In this document: positions 44,501 to 57,217 of the stretch, in pieces | Layout of the letters: the number at the start of each line of letters is the position of its first letter | Numbering within the stretch: the first letter of the stretch is position 1 | Source: Bugula neritina | Lineage: Eukaryota; Animalia; Bryozoa | Assembly (NCBI GenBank): GCA_964035545.1 | Contig: OZ037773.1 | Coordinates: forward strand, 8,957,751 to 9,021,750 | DNA: 64,000 nucleotides | Direction of reading: 5' to 3' | Notes under the pieces: generated by a model | The model's input: only the letters and a program-made list of their open reading frames with translations | Told to the model about the DNA's origin: nothing | Database searches by the model: none | Position numbers and translations under genes: made by a program

Positions 44501-47500
44501 AACACCGAGTGTGCTGGTGAGTAGTGGCAGTGGTGGTTGTCGTGGTGGTTGTCATGGTGAGTAGTGGCAGTGGTGACAGTGGTGATTGTTGTGGTGGTTG
44601 TTGTGGTGGTTGTTGTGGTGATTGTCGGGGTGGTTGTCGTGGTGGTTGTCGGGGTGGTTGTCGTGGTGGTAGTCGTGGTGGTAGTCGTGGTGGTTGTTGT
44701 GGTGGTTGTTGTGGTGGTTGTCGTGGTGGTTGTTGTGGTGGTTGTCGTGGTGGTGGTTGTGGTGGTAGCAGTGGTGATAGCAGTGGTGGCGGTGGTGGTG
44801 GTAGCAGTGGTGGCGGTGGTGATTGTCGTGGTGGTGGTGCACACAGTAGTAGTAATGATAAAACTATAAGTACCATGTCTGTTTAGATATTAATGAGTGT
44901 GATAAAGGCTACAACTGCACTTCTGCTGGAGCCAATAGAGTTTGCAACAACCTCCCTGGTTCTGTTGAATGTATCTGTGATAAAGGATTTGAAGAGATCA
45001 ATGGTGAATGTAAAGGTAACTATCACATACATAATTCTGTTAGTTCAGCTATACCTCTCTTAATAGTAGTTTAGACTACAGCATAGCCTTATTTTCAGTA
45101 CTTTGAGTAACCCAACCTTTTCATTCTTATATCTGAGGGATCCAAAATTATAATATATATTTTTCATACATTCTTTTGAATCTATGGTAAAATATCTTTA
45201 TTTGTAAATATAACTAGGCTATGTATGTTTTTTCTTGGGCTTTTTCGAGCGATAATTTGGTATATCACGTGTGTTTAGTGTTTTTAGTAATTCGGATAGG
45301 CTGAGTTTCATGAAACTTTATTATCTAACAAAGCATAAATTGACACCAGAAAGAATAGTTTTATAGAAAATGAAAAACATATTACTCTTATGGCTAATAT
45401 GTAATAGTAAGCTATATATAAGCTGATCATAACAGAATAGGCAAAAGTGTTGTAATTCTAGTCTACTGTGTATTAAACAGATGTATTATAGTAAAAACTA
45501 ATAAAAATAGATTTCATATTTTTTGAATAATCAGAACTAGCATTATATTTACAAGATAACAAATTTCTTTATTGAGCAGTAAATAAAATTATTCTAGCTA
45601 ACTGTGCATGTATTATATCTTCACCTTTTAGGCATAAACTCTGTTGTTGCTAAAATTAGTACATTTGCGTAAATAAAAAACTTGTCATTTTTCTGGAACT
45701 GGTAGTTGTCACAATATCCAGACTTGCGTCACATATTTCAGCCTCACATATAGAGTGATAATTTAAGAATGTTGGGGCTGCGTGTAACATATAACTAGTT
45801 GTTTAATTACAATAAAAGACATTGGTTCAACACCAAATAAAAGTTGTTTGGTGTACAGTTTCGATCAACGTCTAATTAAAAGCTCTGCATTTATTTGTAA
45901 ATTTTACTATTTTCTCTCTCAATTAAACATGAATGTCGCAGATATTGATGAATGTGAGAGAGATCTTGACAAGTGTGACCGAAGTCTCGCTAGATGTAAG
46001 AACCTCATAGGAGATTACGAGTGCATGTGTGTCTATGGATACTTGGGCAATGGCAAACACGGCAACTGTACAGGTAAGAAATGCATTGTTGAAGTAAACA
46101 TGGCAATTGCGTAAAAGTTAAAGAAATGAGCTGTTGACGTAAACATGACAATTTAAAGGTATTTAAGAAATATCATGTTGAAGTAAGTTGCAATGATAAA
46201 AAGTAACAGTTGAAGTTGTGATTCCTTATCCCACAGTAAATGTTCAAATGTCATATAGCTGCTACCAATAGGCCACCTCACATTTTAAAACCTGCCATTT
46301 AAAAACCCCCCCTGGCTGGGTTTACTGCTGTATCCACCACTTGGTTACAAATGCAGTTTGAAGGATATCTAGAATGTTCTTGATACCAACCCCTGCGGTG
46401 TCCTGTTTAAGAGTTTGGTCACTGAAAAATATTTGCTTCTTAATTTATATCTGGTTTGAAAAATGATTTTAACTACAACTATTTTGAAATATTTTATAGA
46501 TCAAAAACTTAATATAGTGGCAAAAGTATTTACAGGTTACCACCTACCAGTTACCAATTACTGGAACTAGTTGCATCTTATTATTCCTTGTCATTGTAAT
46601 ATTCCATTGATTTTTGCTTTTTTTTCAACCTCAAAAAAGCTAATGAGTAGACTTATTCTATATATACATGGTGCTTCACCTTGTTTCCTACCAAATATGT
46701 TAATTATATCTGCATTTTTTGCTGTTTGTTGTTTAGACATCACTTTGATAGTTTAGGCCCTAGGGAGACCATTATTCTCCACCCTATGCCTGCTAGATGT
46801 GCCAGTAGGATATCACTCTAAATAAAACTATTGTCTCTGGAACTAATCCTATTTCATTATTCTGCCAACTTTTCCAGTTGATTAGCGAAAATTTAATTAA
46901 ACAATATAGAAGTCAGAAAAACACCTACTAATTAGTTTCAATGCCACTGCTGCTAGTGTTTTTATACAATATTTTTTCTCTATAACTTAGTGATGGGAGG
47001 AGATTTGGTAGAGAAGGGAAAGAACCTGGAGAGGGTGCAGGCTGTCATCAGAGTACACATGTTGGAGAATCAGAGGCAGCAGTTGGAGAACGAACACGAG
47101 ATGCTGCTGAGAAGATGCGATCAGCAGGACCAAATGAGCAATCGTATCGTGAAGAGAGCTCGCAGAGAGGTGAGTTGCTGTCCTACAAGGTGTCAGTTAC
47201 TGTCATACAGGGTGTCAGTTACTGTCCTACAGGGTGTCAGTTACTGTCATACAGGGTGTCAGCTACTGTCCTACAGGGTGCCAGTTACTGTCCTACAGGG
47301 TGTCAGCTACTGTCCTACAGGGTGTCAGCTACTGTCATACAGGGTGTCAGTTACTGTCATACAAGGTGTCAGTTACTGTCCTACAAGGTGTCAGTTACTG
47401 TCCTACAAGGTTTCAGTTACTGTCCTACAGGGTGTCAGTTACTGTCCTACAGGGTGTCAGTTACTGTCCTACAAGGTGTCAGTCAAAAGATTAATATGCA

Positions 47501-47964
47501 ATAATTTGATTTTGGAAGTTGATGGAAAAGTAAGTGTGGACTAGTATAGAAATGAATTTAGTGGAAGATAAGTATATATTGATCTCTAATAAAAAGCAAC
47601 AGAGTTAAGTACTTTTATAGGTGCATAAAACATTAGTATTTAAAACATTAAAAAAATATATTGCAACTTTCTTTGTAAAAGTTAGACTTAAAATCAAGCA
47701 GAAATTTTAAATTAATTTATCATCAGCTCTATTTTCTTAGTCAACTCAAATAAAATATGGTGCATTTCTGCTAAACAAAAACAAAAAGCCACATTTAGCT
47801 GGTTTTGGTGAAGACTGTTTTATCTTGGTTCTTTCCTGCAGATTTTACAAGTCAGTGAGGCTGAGGCAGCTAATGCAGAGCTGTGGATTGCAACTCTCAC
47901 CAGCCACATCAGCGATTTGAAACTGCAAAATCATGTTTTGGAGTTGTCTTGTCCTGAAAAATAA
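41558..47964 (+). CDS. Secreted protein with five EGF/calcium-binding EGF modules and a C-terminal coiled coil (~375 aa)
   Basis: Exons 41558-41648 (signal peptide MYRLAAVLVLSCSVLTVYT), 42314-42499, 43859-43981, 44352-44516, 44887-45015, 45942-46073 (phase-1 EGF exons: DECEDKTNNC, DFNECG, DINECDKG, DIDECERD), 46991-47169 and 47842-47964 all join in frame. Stop TAA at 47962-47964. Confidence 0.75.
42512..43206. repeat. 15-bp minisatellite (AAACATACTTACCTT), ~46 copies
   Basis: Begins 12 nt after the donor at 42500 of the EGF gene. Confidence 0.96.
44517..44840. repeat. GGT-based degenerate trinucleotide repeat
   Basis: Fills most of an EGF-gene intron, starting at the donor. Confidence 0.9.
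47170..47482. repeat. 22-bp minisatellite (AGGGTGTCAGTTACTGTCCTAC)
   Basis: About 14 copies starting at the donor at 47170. Confidence 0.93.
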
Positions 47965-48673
47965 GACTCGTCTTCCTTTTTTAACATAACTCTCCCCAGC
48001 CTTAATTGTTAATATCTTGTTAAATTTCGTGCTGTATTGACTAGCCTTACTATAATAATAAAAGCGAACCAATTACCTATTTATTTCTTGTTGATTTGTT
48101 CATGGTATGAAAAGCAATTATACAATTTTTTAATAACTTATATAATAAACATTCTCGAAAAACTGTGTAATTGCTATTATCATGTATGAAATAAAAAACA
48201 ACCTTTATCTATTGTAATTCGGTAGTTATTTTCTTACAATACAAATATGCTATTTTTAGGATTACTTTTGGGTAAAAAAACCTTATCAATATAATATTTC
48301 TAACTTTTGGTACCAAATAAGTCTGCCATCACCATCTATTGAGTAAAGTAGTTTTATGCAACTAGATGTGACAGCTTACATACCTATATACTATGATAAT
48401 ATTTGAGGTCAAAATAATCTACAAATTAACAACTTCTCCGGTCTAAAAATTAGTACCTTTTCTATTTAGTTATGATGTTAATTAACAGGCTGAGAATTAT
48501 ATTCATTTCTCTCAATCTACAGAATGCAGGTAGCAGCTTTTATTCTATTTTTACTATAAACAGCATAATACTCAGGCTATTATAAAAAGCTCTGAAGTTG
48601 TTTGCTCTTTATTCTCATTAAAATATTGCATAATGGCCTAAAACTGAACACCCACAGTCAACCCAGACTCTTA

Positions 48674-49016
48674 GCCTAGGGCCACACTGTGCGTATTTTC
48701 GCATGCGAAAATTAAAATCACGAGTAGCAAAGGTGTCCACTGTAGCGTCAGTGATGCGTGATAAATAAAGCTTTCATTTTTAAATCGCACTAGCTTTCAA
48801 TAAAACGCAATTTACTGGAATTTAGCGATAAATAAAGAAATTGGGCTCGCTTAATAACTACCAGCCAATTAGGTGACGACGACAGAGACGATTCGCACTT
48901 GCGTTGAAAATGCAGAGCGACAAGTGCGAAAGTTTTCTCAACGCGCACAGTGGACACCTTTGCTACTCGTGATTTCAATTTTCGCATGCGAAAATACGCG
49001 CCGTGTGGCCCTAGGC
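48674..49016. mobile_element. 343-bp MITE, PIF/Harbinger-type
   Basis: ~70-bp terminal inverted repeats beginning GCCTAGGGCCACAC...TATTTTCGCATGCGAAAAT...ATCACGAGTAGCAAAGGTGTCCACTGT. 3-bp TSD TTA at 48671-48673 and 49017-49019. Confidence 0.88.
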
Positions 49017-50424
49017 TTAATGCTATTTCACTCAACTAACATTTTCAAGTTTCTCATTCTTTTGCTTCAGTATAATGTTTTATCTCCTAGTACAGGTAAT
49101 TCTTGTAGCAATTAAAGCAGTCTTTACCACAGCAACCTAGACCTGATGCAACATGTAACAATTCAAGCTCAATAACCAAGCCACTACATTATTTGAGCAA
49201 CTTACAAATAAGCTACAGTTGTCACAACATGCTATACTTTATTCTATGTACTAGCAATAATAGATTTCAAAACTACTATAGCTGCTTTTTCAATCAATAA
49301 ATTTGAATTGTTTTAATACCACACGATAAATTTTGCTGCATCATAAGCTTTGTAGAGAAAAAGCCACCTATATTTACACTAACTCTTTGAATGAACACTC
49401 TCTACTCTTTGCGCATAAAAAGAAAATGTTTTGTTTTCTAAGTGGGACAGGTTTTGTTTGAATGAACATGAATGCAAATACTCAATGACTCAATAACAAC
49501 GCGGCAGAACTGTTCCATTGTAACTACTAGTTAGACTGAATGTGATGCCATGTAGAGTAGTTGAATCATTGAACTCTAAGACCAGTCAGGTAAGTGAAAA
49601 TTTTAAAATCAGTTGTCAATCATATATTTAGTTCAGAATAAAGTGCATTTCAAGGTCAGAACTAACAGTAAATAGCACTAATTATGACAAAATTGCCAAC
49701 AAGATCTTGCTGCTTAAAAAATGCTATCTATACACGCTTCCAAGCAAATTTTGTGTAATTTGGTTTAGCTTTACTATTTCTTTTTCCTTTAACCTGTTGC
49801 TTTGGTTCATGAACAACTGGTTTATTCGAAATTTTAGTTTTCATCTATACGTTTGCTTATATATTTCTCATTCTAGCTATATCTTATGCCTTAAACTAGT
49901 AGCTATACTTGCTATAAACTAGTTATAGCTACTTGCCATAACATAGATCCAATTGGTACTAAATAAATGTTTCTGGTAGTCACATCTAGACTTGATTCAC
50001 TTCTAAATTACATGCGAGGTATTTCTATAAATTCTGTTAGTCAGCCCAAATGGCGTCTCATATGTGTTGATAGAAAAGTGACGAGATTCTGTTACACTTA
50101 TTGACTGTTCAACTCTATCAGGGTGAGGGAGGTAGAGTGGAGATGGTGTATTTCATAGCTCACTGTCATCTTAGCTGTTTACCTTTTCTCCCTATATATG
50201 CTAAGTAGAGTGAATGTGGGATGATATCAGTAGATGAGCACCCGATCACTCTGTCACTCTATCTCTGGTTAGACCAGTCAGCCTACAATGTAGTATCTTC
50301 ACAATATATACTCTTTTCAACATCCTGGTCGTGGAATAAGCTGTTTATGACTACAAAGTTTCAAGTTAATACAGTTGAGGTTTTTGTATCCTTGAAATGG
50401 TCAACGCTATTACTCTAAATACTT

Positions 50425-50620
50425 GTTCGTCTGTCTGTGTGTCTGCCTGTGTGTCTGTCTGTGTGTCTTTCTGTGTGTCTGTTTGTGTGTCTGTCTGTGT
50501 GTCTGTCTGTGCGTCTGTCTGTGTGTCTGTGTGTGTGTCTGTCTGTGTGTCTGTCTGTGTGTCTGTCTGTGTGTTTTTCTGCCATTATGTCTGTATGTCT
50601 GTGTGTCTGTCTGTGTGTCT
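50425..50620. repeat. GT/GTCT compound microsatellite
   Basis: Seen directly. Confidence 0.9.
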
Positions 50621-51319
50621 TGTAATTATGTATGTTTGTCTGTCTGCAGTAACAATGTCATATGTGTGCTAACCAAGTGAAGATTTATGTTTGAAAAAAA
50701 TACTTTTGAGCGAAATCACCTTTACTTGTGAAACAGATTTCCATATTTATTATTTTCAAGAGATGAACTTTAAAGTAGAATCAATACGTGTTACAGTAAG
50801 AGCTAAGTCATTGTCACCAGCTCTTAAACTGTACGTAGCTTACTTTACAATACTTCTATTCTCACAGCCTTTAACCAAACACACTGTTTGAACAAAACAC
50901 ACCCAATCAAGCAACATATGCAATTTTTTTGTCCGTAGCCTTTCATCATGCTGCATCTCCATAATAGGCGTATCTTGTGTCATGGTCAATTATAATTCCT
51001 AAGCTAAATACAATTCAATAACTGGTGTTTACGGCAAACTGTTAACATATCATGTATACCTAAAATATTTTCAGCCCAGATCTTTAAGCTGTGCACCTTG
51101 CTCATAGTTAAAATGCCCGCAGCTTTAGTTTAAAGTGAAATAATTTCAACTGCACTATTATACACTCAAGTATATTATATACGATTTCTCAAGCCTTATT
51201 ACTTATTTCAAAGCTTTGCTATCAGATGAACTAATTCACATGCAGGTCTATATATATTATTTGAAAATTACCAACATGCAGGCCATATATGGGTCATAAA
51301 TGTAGGTCAATATTTAACT

Positions 51320-51600
51320 TGTATATATGTGACCTGCAGTATATGACCTATATATTATCTATATATGACCTATATATGACTTATATATGACCTATATATG
51401 ACTTATATATGACCTATATATGACCTATATATGACATATATGTGGCCTATATATGACCTATATATTACCTATATAATACCTATATGTGACCTGTATATGA
51501 CCTATATATGACATATATGTGGCCTATATATTATCTATATAATACCTATATATTACCTATATGTGACCTGTATATGACACATAGGCTATCATATATGTCA
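51320..51600. repeat. Degenerate ATATGACCTAT minisatellite
   Basis: Seen directly. Confidence 0.85.
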
Positions 51601-51667
51601 TACATTATGTTGTATTATATACTATAGTCTGCTGGTTGACTTTTATAGCCCGTGATTCAACAAGAAT

Positions 51668-54600
51668 ATGAAGACCAGTGAGAGGAAGGTGTCTATGAAC
51701 ACCTTCCTCACAGCCATAGTAATAATGGGAGGAATGCAAGTTATACAACTGCACTTCTTCCACCTCCAGACTGTGCCCAACCAGTGTGACTGTCAGTGTC
51801 CTAAGAATATACAACTTACACAGGATATCCATCAGATAAAGTAAGAGTTATCTTCTTCTGTCTTTCACTAGACGTTATCATTATAGATTTAAAATTGTCA
51901 ACTACGTAATAGAATAGACGAACTATCACGCCCTTGGTAATTGCCGGGCTAATTTGTCATGTTTTATCACAACTTGGTCTGTAAGTTATGGTGTAAAATA
52001 TAGTGCAGCCATTGAAAATTTTAATTAAGAAGTTATCCACAACAAAAAATCTTTTTGTCTTTTTTTCCTTTAAGAAAAATAGCTGTTTAAGCTACAGAAT
52101 GTATACTGCGTTGGCTTTGTGTATAAATATAAGAATCTAAATTACCTCTGCTTTAGATCTGCATGACAAACTACCTCGCTGTTTCTGTAAGATAATACGA
52201 CAAACATAAATGCTGTGAAATTGTTGCTGTAGCACCTACTGGGGTTTATAACTATGATACATGAAGCATGTTGTCTGCCATTTTGTTGAAGTGTTCCACA
52301 ATATAAAGGGAGTAAAGCAGCAGAAGGGAGTAAAGCAGCAGAAGGGAGTAAAGCAGCAGAAGGGAGCAAAGCAGCAGAAGGGAGTAAAGCAGCAGAAGAG
52401 AGTAAAGCAGCAGAAGGGAGTAAAGCAGCAGAAGGGAGCAAAGCAGCAGAAGGGAGTAAAGCAGCAAAAGGAAGTAAAGCAGCAGAAGGGAGTAAAGTCA
52501 ACAATGAGCTCAACAGAATGAAAATCTTAGAGGCTGAGGACAAAGCTCTAGATAAAGAGATCTCTGGTGTGTCTACTTGATGTGCTATTAAATAGAAAAT
52601 ATAAAACCGTTATAACACTGTCATTTAATTTCTACTCAATCAAAGGGACATATATGTAGCTATTGGTGTTGCTATGTTGCTATAGATAAGGTAGTTTCGC
52701 AATACGCATAAGAACGAGATGTAGTAAGTGATGCTGTCAATTGAGTAAAAGAATTGCATTAACTGCTTACTTCATATCTTTTTACGATTGTTATTAAAAT
52801 TCAATTTCTCTTAATGGAAATAGCAGCGTTTAGAACAAGCAGGGCAATGTGAAACTTTTATTTTTGCATACTAAAAGTTATTGTATATCATTGTCTATGT
52901 CAGCTACGTAAAAATAGACCGGTTGTTTCAGCCAATAAGAGCAAGTTACTGCAGAACCTGGTAGAAGATCCAGAAGAAAGAAGTCCATACCAGAAAGAGA
53001 AGAACAAGACAGATGGTAAGTGACCTCTCAACAAACATAAACTACCAATTAGTATTTCTAGGAAGTGACTTCAATGGTTAGTTGGTCTACTTTCAACAAA
53101 TTTCTTTTATACACACATCCAATAGTTAAAGCTTATAACTTCAGTTATTAACCATCTCCAAAATGTTTCCATTACTAAATTAAACTGGCTGAATAAAACA
53201 AATTCTGACATATCAGTTGACCATGTAATATTGAAACTAGTAGAACAACTTTGAACAAACTACTGACTCCTTGTTTAGAGAATCCCAAACCCAATGAAGT
53301 GCTACTGCCCACCCAGTCTGATATCAACCCGCTCATCAACGCCTCTAGTCTGACGTGTACTCCGGATATGCTGGTGATCTATGTGTACACAGCTCCTGGA
53401 AACTTTGAGAAGAGACAGCTTATCAGACGGACATTTGGCTCAGTGAGTATGCCAATCACTGTAATACTCAATATAGTACTACTATAGTCACAGTAGTCAC
53501 ACTAGTCATTAGTCCCAGTATTCAATAGTACTACCAGACACTAGTACTACTAGACACTAGTTACTTTATTCAATTATTACTAGTCACTGTATAGAAGTAT
53601 GAGTAGTTACTCATGTAGTGAAGTACACTAAGAGACATGTAGTGCTAATTGCTGTGAAACAAAAGATTTTATGTTTTAATAAACCAACAAATGAGAATTG
53701 GGTAGTACATAAATAAATAAATCGTTGTTTGAGTCTGTTCAAAGAATGGCTGAATGAAGATTCCTTGAACTTTATGCAGGTAGAATCCTATGAGAATATC
53801 AAGCTGAAAATTATCTTTTTTATTGGTAACGTGACTGCTGGAAGAAAAACGTTGCAGCATTATGAGAGACTTCTCACAGAGAACAGAAAACATGGAGACA
53901 TGGTACAGGATAGAAGGTAAGCTAGTATATTTCACTCTATATTCACTGATATGGCATTTGACAGGTTATTTCTAGTAGCTTACTGGCATGCTTGAAATGT
54001 ACACTTACAAATATTTTAAAATACTGAGTAAAAAATTGGAAACTAAACAGCCTGATTAAAAACAATCAAACATCTGAAATCCTCGATCATGTCTATTCTA
54101 TCAAGTAGAATATTTAAATTTAAAAGGATTAGCAGGTTAAAACTCAAATTTAGTCATTGTGCCATTGAACCTACTTGTCCTTGTAAACACATCTGTGCTG
54201 ATTACAGCTATGTGGATGCCTACAGAAACTTGACTCTGAAAGGGATAAGTGCTCTCAGGTGGCTCAACCAACATTGTCATAAGAGCTACAGGATAATGAA
54301 GGTAAATAGCAACAATAAATGACAAAACAACAAATATTGTTCAAAAGATCTGTCCCTAATTGTGGAATTCCATTTACAAAGAAATTTTTTACTTTTCTCA
54401 TATGACTGCTTGCAGATAGACGATGACACACTCCTAAATCCATACAACTTGATTGTCTTCATGAAAGGACAATCTAAGGTCACTATGAGTGAAATCATTT
54501 GTAAAATGACACAAGGTGTTGGACCAATCAGAAGGCGTAGTAGTAAATACTACGTCTCCTACTCAGAATACCCTGAGAGTTACTATCCTCCATATTGTCA

Positions 54601-56600
54601 AGGTAAGTGGCTAGAGTTATGTTCTCCATAATGAAGTTTAGGCCGTATAAAATGTTTGAACCAAAATATTGTAAAATAAGGCTATAAGGTTTCAAGTATA
54701 GTAAGGTAAAAGAAAGCTTAACCTCTGAGATGTTTAGATGCAAGCAACACGTATTCATTAACTATTTGGAAAGTCTTTTTACCCTCAAGCTAAAGATGCT
54801 ATAAATACTAATAATGCTAGTAGAAGCACTAAGCTAGCACTGAGCATCATTGTTTCATCTTTTGTTTTGTAAAAAGAGTTAATTGTTTGACGTTATAGAA
54901 ATACTTGTATGAGTTTTAGAGCAAACTGCAATCAAATAGCTTTATTTCTATGGCCAAACAACAAAAGATCCAACACCTTTTTTATTTAAGTGATGCTAAT
55001 TAATGACTCAGAAAAACATTTTCTTGTTTTGCCTGTCAAGTTGAAATTTTAGACTTTGCTAACGTATAGACTTTGCTAATAACGTATAGACTTTGCTAAT
55101 AACGTATAGACTTTGCTAACGTATAGACTTTGCTAACGTATAGACTTTGCTAACGTATAGACTTTGCTAACGTATAGACTTTGCTAACGTATAGACTGAA
55201 TCTATTTTAGGTTATGGATACATATTTCCTCCAACAGCTATTCCAAAAATCTTAAATGGTTTCAGCTTGAATAAGCCAATCGCTATGGAAGATGTATACA
55301 TCACAGGTATAAAGTTTACAACCTGCTTCACAATAAACTGTAAACGGCTCTAAAGATTTTCTGTTTCTATCAACTGTTCATTTAGCTGTAATTCTCACCT
55401 ATTCTCGCCTATATCCTATTTGTCCTGTTTGGGCATCCGGTGTTCATTTAACTGCAGTAACAGAGAACATTCAACAGCCTAAGTTTTTAACTAGTTTTAA
55501 TAGTTTCTTTGATAAATTTTTAATCTAGGACACAGGCTTTTCTCATTTTATGCATGACCACACCTATGACTTCAAGCAAAATGTTTTTAATAAATCTGTT
55601 AAATATAACACATGCTGGACAATATGGGTTGTAATAGCAGCTCCTACTGTACTTTCCCCGAGTCATTGTCCAAGTGTCATTGGCACACCACAGTTTGTTA
55701 GATGGCCCCTAATCTATTAATTCTATATATACTCATCAAACTAGAGTACTGGCTTTGATTTAGCTCCTTATTCATAGTAGAATTTATTAAGCTAATCAGC
55801 AGAAAGTAACATGTTTTTGCAGTGAGTAATCATTCATATATAGTTTAGAAATGTATGTATTGGTGTTGCAGGGATGACTAGTAAAACTCAAGGTTTGCGG
55901 TTGCATTCACTTAGCGCTCTGTATGCCACAACGTTCACAAATCTGGAGACTTTTCTGGAGAGAATAACGAGTAGACCGAAGCTCTTCATGGTTGGCCATG
56001 TACACAAAGCAGAGTAAGATAACTCCTACAGTTTCTTGTGCTTAGTTTAGACTACTATTTCTATATATTATACTCATCAAACTAGAGTACTAGCTTAGAT
56101 TTAGCTTCTTTACATATCATGATAAAGTTTATTAAGCATATATTGTTTAGGGTCTGTAGTAAGATTAAAAGACAACAATAAATAAATTAATCTTCAAATA
56201 ATGTTGGTGTTTTACAGCATTTGTCATGCTGTTAAAATCACACTGTTTTCTTTCATTAGCATTGTTATACATCTTGAAAAAAACTTAAGCAGCAAAAGAT
56301 GTTTGTCAGCTAAAAATTAAAATCAAATATATTATGACAGATGTAATTTTTTATACTTGTGCGTTATACTGCAGTATAACGCACAAGTATAAAAGAATTT
56401 TCAATAGAAACCTTTACCATGGTAAAGGTTTCTATTGAAAATTCTGAGCATGAGCAATTTTTCTTTAAAATTCACTTTTACTTTTTAGCTATGTCTACAT
56501 GTTTTGGAAACTGGTGAAGCAGAGAATAAAAAACCAACACGAAGAGAATGAAGAGACGGGAGACTCACACTATGCCGACTACAATAGTGATCTAGAATAA
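51668..56600 (+). CDS. Beta-1,3-galactosyltransferase-family (GT31) type II membrane glycosyltransferase
   Basis: Exons ~51668-51840 (hydrophobic anchor FLTAIVIMGGMQVI), 52292-52566 (GSKAAE repeats), 52932-53015, 53279-53443 (YTAPGNFEKRQLIRRTFG), 53780-53916 (ENRKHGDMVQ), 54209-54301 (DAYRNLTLK), 54416-54602 (KIDDDT; SKYYVSYSEYPESYYPPYCQG), 55211-55306 (MEDVYITG), 55872-56012, 56489-56600. The N-terminal exons are less certain than the catalytic ones. Confidence 0.88.
55050..55197. repeat. 17-bp minisatellite (AGACTTTGCTAACGTAT)
   Basis: About 8 copies ending ~13 nt before the acceptor at 55210. Confidence 0.93.
56349..56445. repeat. Two abutting perfect palindromes (46 bp and 52 bp)
   Basis: 56349-56394 centred on CTGCAG; 56394-56445 centred on CCATGG. 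Confidence 0.95.
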
Positions 56601-57135
56601 TCCGTCATCCATTTCCTCTCAAATCAACTCTCTCAAATATTTCACTGGTAGCTTTATGATTATAATAATTTTTGCTTAATTTATTCATCTTCTTTAGTCC
56701 TTCTGTAAGTGATAGTTTTCTGGCATATAAACTTAACAACATGTCGCACAAGTACAAACATGTGAGATACTTCTTCTAAAGTAGAAATTTTATGTCAGTT
56801 TTGTGAAGAAACATGACTTCCTACCTTTGACCTTTGACCCACTTCCATAGATGGAAATGGGATACAGTCTGATCTTACTGAAATAATTTATGATATAAAA
56901 TAGACAGTTTATATTTGATATTATTTCTCTCCCGTCTCTTCCATTTTTTAAAGTGTACAATATAATAACACAATATGGTGCCACATTCTGGTTATTGCAA
57001 CACTTGAGATGCTATAATTTGTACTAATTAGAATAAGTTTTATACTTTCTTTCGTTTAATCACGGACTATTATATTTTCAAGTCTGCATATTATTTTGTG
57101 CAATAAAAGTTTTATTGTAAGCCTACATTGTGTTC

Positions 57136-57138
<3 letters not shown>

Positions 57139-57213
<75 letters not shown>
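57139..57213. repeat. (TA)n microsatellite
   Basis: Seen directly. Confidence 0.97.

Positions 57214-57217
<4 letters not shown>

Noticed and set aside
50010-50230. Possible extra N-terminal hydrophobic coding exon for the glycosyltransferase
   Set aside because: Flanked by stops in the relevant frame with no consistent in-frame join; a better anchor exon starts at 51668.
51320-51600. ATATGTGACC within this minisatellite matches the terminus of the 19805-22695 element
   Set aside because: Only a 10-nt low-complexity match with no further TIR sequence or partner end.
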